Of a stretch of 64,000 nucleotides of DNA, positions 48,211 to 63,023 are shown piece after piece. Each line of letters opens with the position of its first letter. Within the stretch, counting starts at the first letter, position 1. Below the pieces are notes generated by a model. The model worked only from the letters and a program-made list of their open reading frames with translations. It had not been told where the DNA came from and did not search any database. A program made the position numbers and the translations under genes. Source of the DNA: Eledone cirrhosa (Eukaryota); assembly GCA_964016885.1 (NCBI GenBank), contig OZ024742.1, positions 46,562,001-46,626,000 on the forward strand. Direction: 5' to 3'.

Positions 48211-51200
48211 CAGAAAAATAGAGACAAAGATTGAAGGGAGCTAAATGCTTTTATATATTGCAATTTTCTGAATAAATGTACATTAAAATAGTACGACAGC
48301 CTGCCATCGATTCCCATATTCATATACAATTCTGAACACATACTCTCTCCCTCACACAATCTCTCTCACTCTCTCTCTCACAAACAACATAACTTCAGAG
48401 AGGAAAGTGGAAAATATATTTTACTTAGGAAACAAAACTGAGATATTTCTCAGCTTTGAACATAATATATATACTACCTATCTGAATCAAGCCGTACGAG
48501 ACTGACTACATAACCTGTGTCCGACTTGAACTTTATCCTATGGACCTTCCATCTTATCGACACAAATGACACTTAAGGTTTCCAGATAGTATGCCAGAAC
48601 AGAAATATTATTGATGAGAAGTTCAGAAATCGAACCAGTCTTGAGAATTTCGAGTTTAAAATTCTTTCCTAAATGCTTCTACATATGTATTCAACTAATT
48701 TCTAATGCTTTATTTAAATGTTTGATATTTTAATCATTCTTTTCTCTGAGTTAGCTCAAATATATGAAATGAAACTGTTATAGTTTATTGGGGAATGCTA
48801 TTATATATAACTTTATTTCAATATGAATGTAATATGTATATGTAGAGTATTCTATTTCTGTGGGTTCTGTTATCACACAAGCATACGTGTTTTAATGCTA
48901 TTTATGCTAATGTACATTAATGTTATTCAAAGTAGTACAAATGGCATTGAATTTTATGCAAATATTTAGATTTATATATTCATCCTCCTGAATGAATATA
49001 TATTGCGGATAATTTACATTGGACAAAAATAGAAAAAGTTTCTTTTATTAATTAGTCAGAAGAGAAACACTTCCGCTCTCTCTTTCCTTCACTGGAAAAA
49101 AATCGGCTGTGTTCAAACGTGGAGTGGTGATGTACTCCAACAGGTTTAAAATGCCAAAGACACGCAATATCATTATGGCGGCCATACGACACTATCAGGA
49201 TTTCTGAGACCATACACACATACAGAGGAGAATATAGTTACATGTTAAATAATTCATTTATGTTAAGTATATCACCACATTACAGGAACTTGCCGAGTTA
49301 CACGTTTTACTAATGTAAATCCTCTGATACATAAGGTAAAAACATCATAACCCCAAGTAAGTCGACATACACACATATATACACGCGTGCGTATATATCA
49401 TAATACACCTAAAGACACACACGCATACTTTGATAAAAATACACTCATTGTGAGAAAATTAATGTACTCAGTATTTAGATCACTGATTAAAAAATAAACT
49501 TAAACATCTTTATAACTGAAATATTGTGATAAAACACTATAACTCATTCTAACATTGGCACAAAGCCAGCAATTTCGGGTAAGAGAAAAGTCGATTATTT
49601 TAACTCCAGCACTTAACTGGTACTTAATATGATCAACCTCGGTGGGATTTGAACTCAGAGCACGAAGAACTCTTGATAACGAATTACAATGAGATGTTAT
49701 CTGCGAATATTGAATCAAGCGGTGATAGAGAATTGTGATAAAATGGTTTTGTGAAATAATCTTAGGAAACGTTTATAGCTGAACAATATAATACATATGC
49801 ATTGTTTTCTCATTTTTGAGGTTTCTGCAAAGCAATTTATCTACAATCCGTTTTTATTATATTGAATGATAAAAATTATTGTCGCTCGTCTCTGTGTGAT
49901 ATACAACGCTGGAGTGATTTCATTCGTTCATATAATAAATTACTTTGATATGCTCACCAAAAGAAATCGATTTAATCAATGCGTTGAATTTGTGTCAGGT
50001 ACTTATTGATTATCAGCCGAACGAAGCGAGTGACACGCTTGCTTAAACACTAAACCATGCAAATTTTTAGATTTACTGGAAGCATAGCAATTCCTAAATG
50101 AATCTGAATATTCCTATAGGTCCCTAGCCTTTTGAAACGCTTGGTCAGTAAATGGTAAAGTTTCGAAATACTTAATTGCTACGCAGCCTCTACTACAGTA
50201 ATATATAGTTTTCTGTACTTCCCTCCACGTACATACTAAACATTAAGGAATATTCTTTTTTCAGTTCTAATAATATATCAATAAATATAGATTATTTTAC
50301 GAACAATTGAGTATGTCAGCGGTCAGGAATTAATTTAGCATCACATATAAATGATACAAATTTCAACGATGCTATTTCATAAAGCGGTCATAATATGTGT
50401 AAATGAATAAGGGAAATCAATGATGTATGAGATGAGATTGTCAAAAGTTAAGATGTTGATATTGTTGTTTAGCATCAGGTCATCTCTGATAGAGTAAACA
50501 GTCGTGATGATCCCACCCTTGAAAGCTTTTCAAGAAACACAATATCTAACGTGTCTTTCCCTTTATGTAAGACGATAGAAGGATATTCAAGTGCTATTTG
50601 GCATCAATTTCAGGCAGATCGATCAGACACGCAAACGCTCCTTCGCTTGAGTGTTTGTGATCGGTTGATAACATGTTTAGGTGGCTGGAGTGTATAAACT
50701 GGATAAGCTCTTCGCATTTTCTAAATTAAAATGATCCTATGTATATGTAGGTATGCAAACACGCACACATATAATATTCCGCAGAGTTTTGTAACATTCC
50801 TTTGTTATTGATGGAATAAGAATCAATACCCCCCCCCCCCCCCCCCACACACACACATCTCGTTTACCAATGTAATTAATGTAATTAATTTCCGCACACA
50901 ATTTAAAATATATTTCTCTATATGCGATATCCACAACGTGAAATAACAACGGAATTGTATCTAAGTAGGGACCTTAATATCATGTATCATTATAAACCAA
51001 GAACTATTCGGAACATACTCTAGCTTTGCAGAAGCTAGGAAAACAATGAAATATTTTGAAGTGGAAAATTATTTCCATTTAATGAATCTAAATAAGGAAC
51101 AGATAAGAGTGTTGTCAGCGAAGAAGATTCTACGTGGTCGCTAAAGCTGACGGAAATAACAGCCAAATCTTATTCAACGTACACATTAGCATCTTAGATA

Positions 51201-52431
51201 AAAATGGGCAAAGTGTGTCTTGGAAAAGTGAGATACATACTTTTGTAATTTGATCACATGTGCGACGTGGAATTAATATCGGATAAAAACTTTTAATGAT
51301 CGCATACTGTATAAAAGAATAACCCTGCCAAAATAAAGAGGCGTATCCTATGAATCAATATTTCTGTCACACAGAACAGTTAGGCATAGAAAATGAGGAA
51401 TAAGCAAACTACCGATGCTATATAATATACACCATAGTTTTAAATGGTTTAATAAGTACAAAATAATATTGAAAAGGAAATACAATGATTGTTTTTTAAC
51501 GCTTTTTTTTCATAATATTTGAACATTTCTAACCACTGTAACCACTTCAAGCAGCAAATTGTTGATATAATAATAAGTTGACTAGTAGTTTTCTATATTA
51601 TCTTCAATATTGTCACAACTCAATGCACGCAGGAATGATAAGATCACAGATTCCTTTAGACAAATAGAAAAAATGTAATGTATTTAATATTTCATATTTA
51701 TATTTCTCTACGAGACATTCCTTTCATTAGATATAACTGGAAATTACACAGATTTTGGCACCTTCCAACAATATCTGTGGCTCTAGTAGTACCGAGCAGT
51801 ATTGATATAACTAAGGAATGTACGCTTCTCCGCGACCAGTACCCAGCAACATTGATACGTCCAGGAAATGTCCAAGTTATTTACCTCTACATTGTAGTAC
51901 ACTATCCACACTCGTTGCAAACAGTAAACCCACTGCAACCAGTTCAACTATACAACAGATTTATTCTTTTATGACACGTTGGGTATATATATGTAGTGAC
52001 CTACAATCCGCGGGCTCACATACATTTTCTGTGCGTGACTTGGCTCAGCTCAGCCAATCAGTGCCAGGAGAAGAGGATGTATCCCTACGCGTCCTGAGAG
52101 AGAATTACCCGCAAAGATTTGATGGATCTCTCTCTTGCAGCTCGACCGCTCAAAGGTAAACAACTACTTTTCTTTCGCCGTGAAATCACTAGCCAATATG
52201 TAACACAACAATTTAACCACGGCCTGGCAACGCTTAAACAGCCAGTAGCCCGTGTCTTTCTGAAATCTTAATTCATTTGTTTTATTTCTCTTGGCATGCC
52301 AGCTCAACCTTTGTTAATAAATAATGTAAAACATGCTAAAGTCGTTGTCCATATTCCTAGCATATCTTCCTACCAAAGGTGGTTCCTCGTGGCAACATTA
52401 CAACTTCTAAACATAACTCTCTGCTAAATAT

Positions 52432-52467
<36 letters not shown>

Positions 52468-52470
52468 ATA

Positions 52471-52537
<67 letters not shown>

Positions 52538-52649
52538 GCTGAAGAGAATTTGAAATTTATGAGGAATTTAGAAGCACCATCAAATCTTTTGATTATAGGA
52601 AACGAGTCTAAATAAAAGGGCATATCAAACCCCTTAATGGGAAAAATGG

Positions 52650-52686
<37 letters not shown>

Positions 52687-53738
52687 CAAACTCCGAGAGA
52701 AGTTTATTTTACCTTTGAAATACATAGATGACAAACTGAAAAGTACAGAAAAACTACCGAAGGATATGAATGGGAAGATAATAGCAGGGAAGGAAGGGGT
52801 GGAAATAGTAATAAAAAATTTACTATAGCAACAATAAAAACAATGATATTTTTTAGTGGCATCAATAAGAAAAAAGAAACAATAGCATTGATAAACCAAA
52901 AACAAAAGAAAAAACAACAACAACAAAAAACAAAAAAACAAAACCGCGTATAAAACAACACCAACAACATTGTCATCAGTAACAATAACAACTGTAGCAA
53001 CGGCAACAGTGATAGCAACATATGTTGATACGAAAAAAAGGTAGAAGACATCCAACCATAATAAACAACAACACTAATAACAGCAAGAACAAGAGCAACA
53101 ACAAAGACAGCAAAAACAAAATCAACAACAACAGTAAAAATATTAACAAGAACAACACAGATATCAAAGCATTATCAACAACACAAAACAATGATAACAA
53201 CAAAAACAACATAAGCATCAACAACAGTAACATCAATAACAAAGACAACAAAGTAAAATCAACAACAACGCGAGCAAAATCAATGACAACAGAAGCAACA
53301 ACAACAGCAAAGCAACAATCATTTAGGGATCTTTTTTATTTTGAAAGAGATAATCTTATAGACATATGAGAAAAACGGTTAAGGCAAGAAAGAAATGAGA
53401 TATTTGATCTTTCTGTTGAATTTCTGATGAAAGCAAACGTTATCTTCTCCAATGTAAAGATGGGACCGCCCATAAAACGAAGTAGTTTGCATCTATTTTA
53501 GATTTATTGCCTTCTGATGAAAGTAAAAATAAAAATAAAATTCCTAGGGTAGTTGTTTCCGTTTTCCCAACTTGTAACCTATATATACACACACACACAC
53601 ACATATATATATATGGAAAGAGAGAGAGAGAAAGAGAGAAAGAGAGAGGCACACACTCCTACACTCATAACACATATACACAAATATATATATATATATA
53701 TATATACATATATATGTGTGTATGTAAAAGGTAAACAG

Positions 53739-53775
<37 letters not shown>

Positions 53776-54046
53776 AAAGGTAAACAGAAATAACAACACA
53801 ATCGGCACAGTATATTGAAGGAATACATACACACACACATATATATATATATACATTGTTAGATTGTGAGAAAACATGAAAGGTTTTAGGGAATGAAAAG
53901 AGACAGAAAATGAAAGAAGGATGGCACTATACATGTCAGGTGGTAACGTTATAAAATATTAATGTGTTTTATTTTTACATAGATGAAAATATGGATTAAA
54001 ATACAGAAACATTATAAACGAGAACAAGGATGACGACGATAATAAT

Positions 54047-54487
54047 TCTTTCTAAATTTGGCACAAGGCCAGCAATATGGGAGCAGGGGGAAATCGATTA
54101 GATCTATCGCAGTATTTTGCTGATACTTTTACTTCATCGATCCACGAAAGGATAGAAAGCAAAGCTGACCTCGTCGAGAATGTAAAATGCCGTAACAAAT
54201 AAAACAAGACTTTTGCCCGACCCTCAGATAATTCTTTCAATCAACCGATTTCAACAACAACAGCAATAATGGTTTCTTATATAGGCACAAGGGAAAAAAT
54301 TTGGGGGGAGGGAAAAATCTATTAAATCGACCCCAGTGCGTGACTGGTACTTTATTTTATCGACCCAGTAAGGACGAAAGGCAAAGTTAACCTCGGCGGG
54401 ATTTGAACTCATATCATAAAGAGCCGTAACTCTATGCTGCAAAGCATAGTGTCCGACGCTCTACCGATACTGCCAACCTACTGCCCT
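54047..54487 (-). mobile_element. Two tandem SINE copies (54047-54240 diverged; 54266-54487 full length)
   Basis: Reverse complement of the 20301 family. Confidence 0.85.
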
Positions 54488-54887
54488 CACAACAATAATA
54501 ACAAACAACAAGCCAATGCTAACCGAAAAATGCTTTTGTACATCTTACAGCCAGCAAGGTCTCTTCCATGGCATATTTCAAAATATCTCTTTGGTGCCCC
54601 GCAAAAAATATTTGGGAATATTCTAGTGACATGTGAACCATCTGGTAAAATAAGTTGGCGAGATTTGAAGTGGGAACGTAAGGAGCCAGATTAAACAGTG
54701 CAAAGAATGGTACTTTATTCATCAAGCCTGAAACGATGAGAGGCCTGACGCGAGTATAAATATGCAAATCCCTATGATATTGACGGACGCAAGAATGAGT
54801 ACACAATACCAAAGTAGAGTTCTTCAGAGTAACAAAACTCAACACTTAACCATAATAAAGAATATATATATATATATATATATATAT

Positions 54888-55065
54888 ACGATATATTAAC
54901 AATGGGAAATTATATTTATAAAACCATATTTATTTCATTATACATATTTCAAGAACATCAAGTTAAATTATGGTGTGCTTTCATTAGATAAAATATAATA
55001 TAGAGCAGTTTTATAAATAAATATTGACATACCCTTAAAGAACGCGACCATTTCTGTTGGAAGCT
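54888..55065 (-). mobile_element. Diverged homologue of the 3826-4117 unit
   Basis: Shares AAACCATATTTATTT.ATTATA.ATATTTCAAG and GGGTATGTC blocks; starts at (TA)n. Confidence 0.6.
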
Positions 55066-56596
55066 CCCGGATAGTGGGGTTATAAATTTATTTATAGTAT
55101 TATGTATATTAGTTTCGGATATTTTAAAATCAGAGTAGATTTAAATAAGCCGTTGGGTTATGGAGAAAGAGAGAGAGGGAGAAAAAAAGAGAGAGAAAAA
55201 AAAGAGAGATAGAAAAAAGAGAAAAAGGAGAAAAAAGAGCAAACTCTAAGAGGAAAATAAGAAAAGGAGAAAGAGAAAAGAAAAAAGAAAAGAGAAAGTG
55301 AAAGCTCTAAGTGATAGGTTGTTGTATTATCTTAACTTTTGAGATGAAGTGAAAGAATAAATATTTAATGGATGAATAGAGAAGTGTAAATAAGCGTGAA
55401 TGGAAAATACATACATAATGGGAGAATTTTAACCATTGTTTAAATATTTAGTTTATCTTTTAAATTATTGAGATCTATACATTAAAAATTGAGATCTATA
55501 TATTATTAAGAAATCTATATATTATTAAGACTATATATTATTAAAAAATCTATATATTATTAAAAGAATATATTCATATATATACATACGCACACACAGA
55601 TATATATACATATAAATATATATACATACAACTACATATATATATACATATACATACAAGCTATAAAGGATTTTTTAATTTAAGATATAGGAATTTTCAT
55701 AAACTTATAGATTTTTCGGAGAAAATCTTAGAAAAAACAGAGAAAATCATTTCTATGTAATATCAAAACTGCGTGAAGGAAATTAAGTTATTTACTTATA
55801 TTAAATGTTACAAATGTTAAGATAATAAAGGAAATTTTAGGTTATAGACACCTTATGTTATGATACAAATTTTTTTAAATATAAGTTTTATATCTAATAA
55901 ATCCACCTGTTCTGTAGTTGTGACTCTTATTATATAGGTTTGTTTATCACGAACCTTAAGAAAATCCTTATAAACGAGTGCAATCGAATTGTATGCATAT
56001 ATATATATATACACACAATCCCCACATAGATACACATAGACGTACTTACAGATATAGGTAGATATGCATCACACATATATATATACATACATACACACAC
56101 ATATATATACATACATATATACACACATACATATATATAGAGAGAGAGATATATAAATACAGTACATAGTATAATTGAAGTACATAATATATATAAAATA
56201 AAATAAAATAAAATAAAATAAAATAAAATAAAATAAAATAAAATAAAAATAAAAAAGTAAAAAAAAGAATTATATTACGATTTGGAAATATAATTATAAG
56301 CAATATAACTTTAAATCAATATAATTTTAAAAAATATAGAATATTTCAAGTTATAATTTTAAAATAATAATATGTTTAATAGATTCAGTATAAACATTTT
56401 CTTCGTATGTTTAACTTAATTTTATAGCCATAAGAAAAAGAAAGAGAGACTTTCAAAAGAGAAACTTTCAAATTAGGAGAAACTTTCAAAATAAATATTT
56501 TCCCCTTTTATATATATATATATTGTGTACTCATTCTTGCGTCCGTCAATATCACACAGTGATACCGCATAGTTATATGGGCGTATATATGTAAAT

Positions 56597-56671
<75 letters not shown>

Positions 56672-56789
56672 TATGTGTGCAGAATGTTCAGTAAGCCGGC
56701 TGCTTGAGAAACATTTGTAACCAGAATTGAGCAATAAATCGCCTATGTAACACCATTTTGTTCTCATATATATATATATATATATATAT

Positions 56790-59700
56790 AATAAAATAAT
56801 AATAATAATAATAATAATAATGCTTTCTTTATTAACCACAATAGTTTACATAAAGTAGACATTAAGGACAGTACAGGACAATACAGGACGGTACAAATGG
56901 GCATTTCTGCGTGTGAAAAACAAAAGTAGAGGATGTAACAAAAAAATAACAATGAAAAATTCCCCAATAGGGGGGAGACTTCCGAGGGACATTCGTGGAG
57001 AAAGCACATTAAAAAGACACAGTGACCCTGACCACCAGGGCAAGTACCCTCTCCCAGTTTTCCACCTTTAATTTACAGACACATACGCAGACTATTCACT
57101 CGGGCCATTCTTGTCTCTCTCACCCATCTTTCAACAAAATGCTGGGAAGAGAGCACTTCCCTCTCTACCCTGATTTTCCTTTTCAAATGAAATTGGAAAA
57201 AGTTAATCCGGGCATCACCGAAGAGGTAAGTGCTTGTCTTCAGCCCTTTCAAACGCGTCCACCATACTATCTCTTTCGCTATGGCCACCAGACAGATAAA
57301 AATTGCCTGCCCTTCCCGGCTAAAGGAAGAGGGCGGGGCAATCCTCACGGTGGACTCAGCTGATAGCTGGATCCGTCCTACAAGCGACAGCAGGTGTTCG
57401 ACATAAACGCACAAGTCAGCAATGCTCGGACACTGGACGAGTGCATGCAGGACGGTTTCGTCGCCCTGCGCGCATCTCGGACATGCCCGGTGGCGGCACC
57501 TCCATGCCTGTAGAGTTTATCCCGAACTGGCAAAGCTCCTCGGTAGCACTGCTAGGCCAGGGATTTCTGGAAGTTGTCCATAGGCCCCGGCCCGAAACTT
57601 CTACCTCAAGAGATTGGCTAGTTAATTTTCGTCGACGCCTAGAGTTTCCCCAAATACGTCGTCGCTCTTCCCCTCCACTAATCCTCTATAGAACGCCAAG
57701 GTGGAGTTTCCACCGATCACATTACCCGATTGGTCGAGGGATGTGAGCGCCTGAAGACATTCCAGTCTCCAAGCGCTCCCTCTCGATCTTCGCTTGAACC
57801 AGGACTGTAGCTCCGCCAAGGAGACGAACTGGGGAGAGACGCGTCTAGCAAACGGCGACCACATCTGATCACCGTCGAGGAAGAGGTGGAGACGTCATAG
57901 CCTGAGCGCGTGTCTGCGCATCATCAGCTACGGCATGCCCAGACCTCCACGTAGCGGGTGTTGAGAGTAGATGGACCGCCTGACCATCCGCGCGTCTCTT
58001 CCACAAAAAGCGAAAGAGCAAACGCTCCAGCGCAGTCAGGTGAGACTTAGGACAAGGCACGACGGTCAGGCGGTAGTAGATGACGGACGCGATGTACGCG
58101 TTAGTCACCTCCGCTCGACCTTTCAAGGATAGCTTCCTCTCCGCCCATTTCTGTGTGAGAGAAGCCACCCTGCTCGTCACCTCGTCCCAGTTTTTGTCCG
58201 TCTGGAGGCCCGGACCGAACCAGACCCCTAGCAATTTAATCGGTCCGTCCCTCCAGCGCCCGACGACGCTGTTGGACGGCATGAACCTGCCTCTCCAGGT
58301 GCCGATCTGCAGGCCCACTGACTTTTCCTGGTTGATCATTGCTCCTGTCACCTCTTCGTATCCTCTTAGTGTAGTGCTGATCGCCTCAATGTGTTTGGTG
58401 TTCGACACCACAACGGTGACATCGTCCGCATATGCTGACACGGATCTGCCTCACGCTATTTCTAGCGGGACGCCCCTCAACGTCTCCAGTTTGTGCAGTA
58501 ATGGGACGAGAGGCGACATCCTTGGCGGACCGAGCGCATGATGTTGAACGGTTCCGAAAGATGACCGTTCATTCTCACCGCAGAGAAGATGTCGCTGCCA
58601 ATGGCAGCGATCCAGCCTCTGAAGACGGGCCCAAAGCCAGCCGCCCTCAGGACTGCCGCCAGGTTACGATGGTGACCCTATCGAAAGCTTTCTACTGATC
58701 TAAATTGATCAAGGACCCACCCGTGCCAGGTTCCCTAGCTACCCTCTCCACGATGTATCGGATGAGGTGGAGGTTGTCGTGGATGGATCTGTCGGGAATG
58801 GCGCATGTCTGCGCCTCTCCCACCAGACCACTAACGACAAACGCCAACCTCTTTGCTAGCACCTTGGCCAAAACGTCGAATTCTGTGTTTAGCAGAGTTA
58901 TGGGCCTGAAATTATCTATGTTATCCCCCTTGTTCGGATCTTTTCTCAGCAGCGCCACCGCTCCTCGGCTCACAGAGCTGGGAATTCTCCAGTTCTGTTG
59001 CCAGTTGCAGTAGACGTCCGCCAAGAGGCCTCCGAACAAGTCTGGCATCTAAACGTAAAGTTCATAGGGCAGACCATCCAATCCAGGCGATTTACCCCTT
59101 GTGCAGGCAGTCATTGCTTCCCGTATTTCAGCTGCTGTTATCGGCTTTTCGCAACACTCCGCCTCAGTGGCCGAGAGCCGCGACAGTCCGTCGAGGTAGA
59201 CACTAAAGTCCATCCCTCGATCCGGCCCGCCGCTACCCCCGAACAGCTGAGCAAAGTGTCGCTGAAAAGCTTCACACATTTCCCGGGATTGAGTAGCATG
59301 TGCCCGTCGTGGTCCACTAAATACCAGATCGTGGCTTTGTTGCCACGACGCGCCTCCGTCACTAGGGCCCATTAAACGGCTTTCGTTCCCTCATGGCTGA
59401 GAGCGCGCACCCTAGCTCTGACAACGCAGCCTTCGTGCTTTGCATTGAAGAATTGGTCAAGGGCCAATTTCGCCGCAAGTACGTCGGTCACGATGCCTTT
59501 GCTAAGCGCCTCTTCTAATTTTCTAACTAGTTCTCCTTCTGCTCTATTTTTCTCTATTGCTAAAGCCTTACTAAACCTAATGGACTCTTTTCTAATAGCT
59601 CTTTTCAGAGCAAAACACCACTTGTTGTTGACGATGGCCCCCGTCAACGCCCGCTTAACTAGTTCGGTAATCCGGTCTCTGTAGGCCTTGCGCGCTGGTA

Positions 59701-62090
59701 AGGACGCGTTTAGCTTCCAGTAGCCGGGTCCTTGTCTATGAAGCGTATCTAAGTCAACCACACAGATCACGAATTTGTGGTCCGTGTAGCTGACTATCTT
59801 GAATTGTGGACAGCCTATGCTAGACCTATCTATTTCCCTACAAAATACTCTATCTAGATATGATCTGGATGACCCTATGCGGTTTGTCCAAGTCCATATT
59901 GGCACATTCGGGAAATCCAATCGGTATCTGTCAGACAGTTCAAAACGCCTGAGCAGGTTGCTGAGGCTCTTGCACCCTCCTCCTATCCAGGACGGCTGGG
60001 AGATGCGTACACATCGTAGCCGCCGGAGATCGGTGCGAAGGCCCGTGCTTCGGAGATTCTGGTCTCGCTGATGGCCACCACATCTATGTTTAGTGATCTG
60101 AGGCCGTTGAGCAGGTGGCGCTGCTTCCATGACGACCCCAAGCCACGCGCATTTATGCTGTCTAATCTGAGTGAGGTCATGCTGAAAAGGAGTGGAAAAA
60201 GATGGGAAACACCACTTGTGTGAATTTTTGGGGTGAATATTTGGGGTGAATTTTTTGGGTGTTATATAGTCTTTTTCTGTTGATGCTGGTGTTGTGTTGG
60301 ATGTAGTGTAATAATTGGTTGTTGTTCAAATTTAATGCTGTGTAGTGTGTATCGTTTTGGTTGTTTTGTTTTGTTTGCATTTGTTGTGGGTTTGTTTCTG
60401 TTTCGCTTTTTGGTGACTTTTGTGGTGTTGGGGTTAATGATGGTGATGGGGTTGGTGTTTGTGATGATGGGGTTGGTGATGCTGGTGTGGATGGTGGCAT
60501 AGCTGTCTTAACTTTTTTGTTTGTTTGTTTATTTGTTTCCCCCAGCATTTTGTTTTTGGAGGGGGAAGGAAAGGATTTTTTCTTTTTTGGGATTCTTTTT
60601 TTTTTCTTTTTTCCTGATACAGTTTCCCACTCCCTGTCGTAACAATCTGTCTCCAGTTGCGATAGGTCGGGGAGTGGAAAATCCTTCACAGGTGTTGGTT
60701 GTGGTTGTGGCGTGGTGGATGGTGGAGGCGCTGGTGCTAATTCTGGCGCGTGGGTGTTGGTGATGTTGGTTTTGCTACTGTTGCTGCTACAGTTGCTTGG
60801 ACTGTTGCTGCTACAGTTGCTTCTGTTGTTGCTGCTACAGTTGTTGCTGCCATTTCTGCTGCTGGCTTCGATTGTTGAGTCACTGGGGTGGGTAAGAGAG
60901 GTGGCCTCAACAATTTAGCCTGAAGGCAGAAAGCCCTTAGGTGGGTTCCTTCGCCACAAACAACACACCTAGGCCTTCTACCCTCAACGATTACGGTGAG
61001 GTGGCTGCCGTCATTGAGGTCTATCACCTCTGGAATTTCCTCAATGCTTTTTTTGGTCCGCTTGGATCAGGAGCTCCAGATCCGGACCAATTCTCCTCCT
61101 TTTCTTTTGTTACCTCAATTATTTTCGTGTTGGCGAGGCGGCAGACATTAGCCAGGGAATTTCGATGGCCAGCGGAACGTGGGTCACCCTGATCTTCACG
61201 AGTCTCTGACCACAATAGCTTGGGACGAGTGTGAATTCGTCACTTCTTAATGGGGCCATAGAGTTCTCTCTCGTGTGGGGTTCCAAAGAACACGTCCACG
61301 GTTCCATATCTCTTCCCACGTCTGATGTGGGTTTTTTAGCCCACACATGTCCAAAAGCTTTTTGTATCTGGGACTCGGATGCCCGTTCCACTCGGCGTGG
61401 TTTTGTGTTTATAGTCCGATATCACACGGTGCATAGGCGCCGATGCTACATTTTATTAGATGGGGGTGGGTCTGGGGTGGGTGAGGCTGACCGTGTATCC
61501 ATCTTTTTTTACCATTCGGTTGGCTTCATTCAATTCATCCTAGCTTACTTCTATTGTTTCGCTTTTCTTGGCTGCTTTGGCAAACGACCCATTTTATTTT
61601 GCGCTGGTGTTGATGTTGTTGTTATTGTTATTTTTAGTTTCACTTGTGGTGGTGGTAGTGGTGGTGTCAGTGGTGTTCGGCGTGGAAGAGTCGATTCTGG
61701 GTGAATCCATTCCGATGTCACGAGATAATAATTTAAATTTTGTTTCTGTTGTCGCTGTGGTGGTGGTGGTGGTGGTGTCGGCTTTAACATCTGCAGTTAT
61801 TTGTAATGGCGGGAAATAAACGTCTGCATGTGACAAATTAAAATTATTGCCACTGCTTATATTTTTAGTGTTGGCAACCGTAGTAACGTTTACAATGGTG
61901 GTCGTGGTGGTTGTGGCAGGCGTTGGTTTGTTAGGAAGGCTGTCAACTTTGTGTGGCTGAGAGCCGTCCATGAAAGTTTTTGTTTGATAATTAGAAAAAT
62001 TTAAATTTTGGGATCAAGGCCCCAATATTATTGAGTGTCCTTTTCAGAAAGCAAGATATGTGAACTTATAAACACTTAACAACAAAAATT
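56790..62090 (-). mobile_element. Tx1/L1-clade retrotransposon copy B (same family as A), more decayed, missing ~80 bp of 5'UTR
   Basis: Colinear and highly similar to 39553-45218; ORF2 remnant ~57073-60180 (YADD, FRPITLLN); ORF1 remnant ~60190-61971; frameshifts and internal deletions; (TTA)n tail at 56790-56821. Confidence 0.93.
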
Positions 62091-62094
62091 GTTG

Positions 62095-62976
62095 TTGATG
62101 TCCTCAGGTTTCATTTAGAGAGAAATCTCCAAATCCATTACGGACCAGTCTTCTCTCTCTGTCCTTTTAATATCCAGGAGGGTAGTGTCTGTCCCCTCCT
62201 TGATTACGCATCCCAGGAGCAACCATATATTCATTCCTAGTGGGATCCTGGGAATGCGGACCATTACTGTCCCTTTGCCCATGTAGGACGGGTGCATGAT
62301 AATGCGTTCCGTTCTGCAGGGGGTCACCGAGTGCTTAATAGCAAGGGCCTCGGTTTTGAACAGTACCGAGATGGTACCGAACTGCTTGGCCCTTGCTTTA
62401 TACTCTATGTCACTTCCGATGCACTTCAAAGCAGCCTCGACCTCTGCTTGGCTGGCAAGTTCCACTTTGCGTGTATGCACTGAAATGCATCGAAAGTACA
62501 CCGTCCTCCTTTGCATGGCCGCTATTGCCCCGTCCGGGATGGTCAGGTTTGCCCAGGACTTCTCCCGTTTAATTAACCTCCACGCCTGGGTCAACTGTTC
62601 GTCTTTATCGCTAATATCAACATTCAATAAGCGCGTTGTTTTCGCTGCTGCCGCTGCAAAGGTGGTGCCTCTGTTGCTCTTGTTGATGGTGTTGTCGTTC
62701 TTGCTGTTGTTGTTGTTATTGTTTTGTTTGTTGTTGCTGTTGCCACCGCCATCCGTGTTTACATTGAGGCTGTCCGTGTTATTGTCGTTATTGTTCTGAG
62801 TTGTTGTTGTGGTTGTGGTGGTGGTGGTGGTGGTGGTGGTGGTGGTGGTGATGTCGTTGGTGGTGGTGGTGATGTCGTTTTGAGATGATACTGGTACTAT
62901 CACAGAAGGGAGCGGTTGTGATGGTAACTTTTGTGTTTTGCCTTCACATTCAGTGGAATGGTCGACAGGCATGACT

Positions 62977-63023
<47 letters not shown>

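Noticed and set aside
52850-53370. Asn/Thr-rich ORF as a Tx1 ORF1 piece
   Set aside because: Degenerate (AAC)n low-complexity sequence lacking the conserved ORF1 domain.
40807-58541. Antisense and alternative-frame ORFs overlapping the Tx1 copies (e.g. 43436-43945, 58080-58541)
   Set aside because: Shadow ORFs of GC-rich coding sequence; their recurrence only reflects A/B homology.
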